DNA of 8,948 nucleotides from a virus (Duplodnaviria; Heunggongvirae; Uroviricota; Caudoviricetes): IMG/VR virus record IMGVR_UViG_2660238408_000004; one strand, 5' to 3'. Shown piece by piece: positions 6,685 to 8,948 of this stretch (position 1 is its first letter; each line of letters starts with the position of its first letter). The notes under the pieces were generated by a model. It saw only the letters and a program-made list of their open reading frames with translations, ran no database searches and was not told where the DNA came from. The position numbers and the translations under genes were made by a program.

Positions 6685-8595
6685 TCACTCCTCCGGACAG
6701 CTTCGCTGCCAGTTCTTCAAGGGTCGGTTGTGCAGTTGCATCCTTGCGGGATGCAACTGCACAGCCAGATCAAGTTGCCAGCGTTGCACGGACACACGTA
6801 ATGCCGCATAGGCATACACCAGGCAGTCCAGCGCTTCGTTACGCCGCTTTTTGTTATCCCACAACAGACGCATCTTTCCTTTTTCCCACTTTTCCACCAG
6901 TTCCTCCGCCACCAGTTGTTGTGCCTCTGTCTGCGAAAAAATCTCCGGATTATCAGGAAAGCGGATGGCATACGATGTGGCCTCATTCACAGGGGTGGGA
7001 TCGGCCTTCATTCGGGCATAGAGAATTTCTTTTGCGGTATCCGTCCCCACCTCACACAGATACACACCCCGCTGATTGCGGGTTTTCGGCATGGTGATCA
7101 CCGGCTTGCCATAGACAGAGGCACCTTTTACCGGCAGTACCCGGAAAATACCGTGTTTTTTTGACCTCTGATACACGATTTCGCCATCGATCCCCCCGAT
7201 ATCCCAGCAGACACGGGAAATGGTCATTTCGGTACCGTCTGCATGGCGGTATTTTTTATTGATCGCCGCATCCACACGTAACAGCGTCTCTTCCTCATCA
7301 GGACGTCCCATGATGATGATTTTATCCACCAGAAAGGCTTCCTCTCCCGGAGCCCACCCCCAGACATACATCTCAAAACGGTTTCGCTGCGAGTCAATGC
7401 CCGCCGTCAGATAAACCACCCGGACAGGCACCGTTGCCGTGTAAGGCACAACCTTATCCATCAGTACCTGGTGATCGAGTTTTTCGCCCACGGCCTCTTC
7501 CCAGGTCTCGCCCAGCGTGGTGTTCACAAAAGTTTTCACGCCGTTGGGATCTTTCAGTGCATCCAGCCAGTCACAGACTATCTGTACCCTGGTGGTGAAC
7601 GGACTGTACGCCGTCCATATATGGAAAGTGATGGAGCGCGGCGGCGGAATTTCATTACCCGAAGCACTGAAAAACGTCAGACCGTCACACGTCCACATCC
7701 CGGTATTGTCACAAATCCAGCGCCCCCCGGTCTGATCAAGTTCAGACTGACGGATCACGCAGCCATTATGTTCACACAGGTAATACACCGTTTCCGGTTT
7801 ACCCTTCTCCCATTTCAGGCCAAACGACGTCGCATCATCGCCAAACTTCAGATACTGCTCCTCCCCGCAATGAGGGCAAGGGACATAAAACCGCATGAAA
7901 TGCGCAGATTCATTCGCAGCTTTTTCAATCTGACAGGAGCCTTTAATTTTTGGCGTTGAACCGCGTATGGATTTTGGCCATACCGAACCTTCAATACGTT
8001 TATCGCCAAGCAGTGTTGGCGAACCTTCTTTTTCCACATCCGGTTCAAACGAGGAGAGTTCGTCATAGCAGACCACATCGACAGATTTTTCACGGTAGTT
8101 TTTGGCAGCAGCACCACCCAAACACCAGAACCCCACACCAGAGGAAAAACGCTTCAGTGTGAGCGTATTATCCCGGTGTTTCCGGCCCAGCCAGGGAGAA
8201 AGTTTTTTCAGGCAAGGAACATCACGAATTGTTGCTTCCACGTGAGACTTCATAAAATCTTCAGCAGCTGAGTCCGTCGGCTGAAAAAGAAGAGTGTTGC
8301 GGGATTTGTGCTCAATAAAATACCCGATCACACCAAGCACCATTTTTGTATAACCAACACGGGCAGATTTAATCAGGTTAACTGTACGAATCTCGTCATT
8401 GCCCATGCAGTTCATGATGGCGACCTGAAACTGCAGCGTTTTCCATTCCCCCTCACCGTATGACGATTCTTTAGGCAGGTAATAATTTTGATCGGCCCAT
8501 TCTACAGCCGTCACCGGCAATACCCTGACCAGTGGCTGCAGTGCGATAGTGACTGCCACCATCATATTACTCAGTTGTTGTTCTGATATATTCAT
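6685..8595 (-). CDS. A: Terminase large subunit A-like (636 aa from the preferred start)
   Basis: ORF 6685..8652; preferred start is the ATG at 8595 (MNISEQQL...), which matches the lambda gpA N-terminus (MNIS...) as recalled; the 19 extra N-terminal codons in the ORF track have no counterpart. Extensive conserved blocks: TAVEWAD.NYYLPKES.Y.EG.W.TL.FQ.AIMN.MG.D.IR.VN..KSARVGY.KM.LGV..YFIEHK.RNTL, KKHRDNTLT.KRF..G.GFWCLGG.AAKNYREKSVDV..YDEL..F, EGSPT.LGDKRIEGSVWPKSIRGSTPK..G.CQIE.AA.ES.HFMRF.V.CPHCGEEQYLKFGD, FYLCEHN.CVIRQ.ELD, FHIWTAYSPFTT.VQIV.DW, KTFVNTTLGETWE, YLTAGIDSQ..R.EM.VWGW.PGEE..L.D..IIMGR.D.E.TLLRVD.AINK.Y, SKKHG.FRV.P.KGASVYGKPV..MP..RN..GVYL.E.GTDTAKE, LWD.KKRRNEALDC.VYA.AALR.S..RWQLDL. 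Confidence 0.95.
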   Translation of the reverse strand: MNISEQQLSNMMVAVTIALQPLVRVLPVTAVEWADQNYYLPKESSYGEGEWKTLQFQVAIMNCMGNDEIRTVNLIKSARVGYTKMVLGVIGYFIEHKSRNTLLFQPTDSAAEDFMKSHVEATIRDVPCLKKLSPWLGRKHRDNTLTLKRFSSGVGFWCLGGAAAKNYREKSVDVVCYDELSSFEPDVEKEGSPTLLGDKRIEGSVWPKSIRGSTPKIKGSCQIEKAANESAHFMRFYVPCPHCGEEQYLKFGDDATSFGLKWEKGKPETVYYLCEHNGCVIRQSELDQTGGRWICDNTGMWTCDGLTFFSASGNEIPPPRSITFHIWTAYSPFTTRVQIVCDWLDALKDPNGVKTFVNTTLGETWEEAVGEKLDHQVLMDKVVPYTATVPVRVVYLTAGIDSQRNRFEMYVWGWAPGEEAFLVDKIIIMGRPDEEETLLRVDAAINKKYRHADGTEMTISRVCWDIGGIDGEIVYQRSKKHGIFRVLPVKGASVYGKPVITMPKTRNQRGVYLCEVGTDTAKEILYARMKADPTPVNEATSYAIRFPDNPEIFSQTEAQQLVAEELVEKWEKGKMRLLWDNKKRRNEALDCLVYAYAALRVSVQRWQLDLAVQLHPARMQLHNRPLKNWQRSCPEE

Positions 8596-8890
8596 CGAGT
8601 AAATCCGGTAATTTATCCCCCGCACGCGCGCACTGATTCGCTCCCTTAGCAATAAGGATTTTCAGATGATCAATATGACGCGGCGTTAAATCCGGGAACT
8701 GTCGTTGCATGGACAAAGGAATGGAGTCAAGCGTACTGGATAAAGCCATCGCCAGCTTACTAAGGGCAAAAATACAAAATCCGGTATCGATAAGATTTCC
8801 TTTTGACACCTGATTTTTTAACTGCTGTGCGACAGCCTGTTCTGCGGTCAGTTCCCATCTGGCAATGAGTAGTTTGAGGTGTACTGGCAA
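8567..8890 (-). CDS. Nu1: Terminase small subunit Nu1-like, C-terminal (terminase-A-interacting) part; 5' boundary uncertain, possibly truncated or frameshifted
   Basis: ORF 8567..8890 (107 aa, TTG at 8890 is the first possible start; stop TAA at 8569..8567 overlaps the A start by 29 nt, as Nu1/A overlap in lambda). Motifs ELTAEQAVAQQLKN, TGFCIFALSKLA, LDSIPLSMQRQFPDL..RHID.LK and LPDLLDEYI resemble the C-terminal half of lambda Nu1 as recalled. In-frame stops TAG (plus 8900-8902) and TAA upstream mean the N-terminal DNA-binding domain is not in this frame within the window. Confidence 0.6.
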   Translation of the reverse strand: MPVHLKLLIARWELTAEQAVAQQLKNQVSKGNLIDTGFCIFALSKLAMALSSTLDSIPLSMQRQFPDLTPRHIDHLKILIAKGANQCARAGDKLPDLLDEYIRTTTE

Positions 8891-8948
8891 TAGCGGACAC
8901 TACCATTTGTTCTTTTTTTAAGCAGCCATCTGATGATATTTTTCCCTG

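Noticed and set aside
11-8162. Plus-strand ORFs antisense to the structural genes (e.g. 11..574, 1262..1789, 1786..2178, 2308..2829, 4397..4864, 5447..6004, 5796..6227, 7471..7959)
   Set aside because: They lie wholly inside well-supported minus-strand genes, have Arg/Ser/Pro/Cys-rich low-complexity translations typical of shadow ORFs, and have no recognisable homology or ribosome-binding sites.
8596-8652. 5' extension of the terminase large subunit ORF (MLRERISARVRGINYRIYS preceding MNISEQ)
   Set aside because: The ATG at 8595 gives an N-terminus matching lambda gpA (MNIS...); the extension would run deep into the Nu1-like gene and has no homology support.
8891-8948. Possible cos site or cosB elements upstream of Nu1
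   Set aside because: In lambda, cos lies upstream of the Nu1 start; here the window ends inside or near the Nu1 5' region and no cosN-like sequence can be recognised, so nothing can be called.
1-8948. CRISPR array, tRNA or other RNA gene, insertion sequence or transposase, defence or toxin-antitoxin cargo
   Set aside because: None seen: the only repeats are the in-gene 150-bp tandem repeat, there are no short spacer-interleaved repeats, no transposase-like ORF, and essentially no non-coding space apart from spacers of about 50 nt.

Overview
The window is filled almost end to end by one co-directional block of lambda-like phage virion genes, all on the minus strand and in canonical lambda order: terminase small subunit (Nu1-like, 3' part only), terminase large subunit (A), head-tail connector W, portal (B, frameshifted), head protease/scaffold C (interrupted by a 135-N assembly gap inside a tandem repeat), decoration protein D, major capsid protein E, FI, FII, tail protein Z, tail terminator U, and the first codons of major tail protein V. 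Product calls rest on similarity of the supplied translations to phage lambda proteins as I recall them from memory, plus gene order, start codons, ribosome-binding sites and stop/start overlaps read from the sequence; no database search was run. Intergenic space is minimal, so I see no cargo genes, no RNA genes, no CRISPR array, no insertion sequence and no room for an undescribed multi-gene system. The points worth a second look are a single-base homopolymer frameshift splitting the portal gene, an unresolved tandem repeat in the scaffold region of C, an apparently disrupted 5' part of the Nu1-like gene, and a terminator-shaped hairpin just downstream of the capsid gene. The N-run and the homopolymer lesion suggest a draft assembly, so a sequencing artefact and genuine prophage decay cannot be told apart from the sequence alone.
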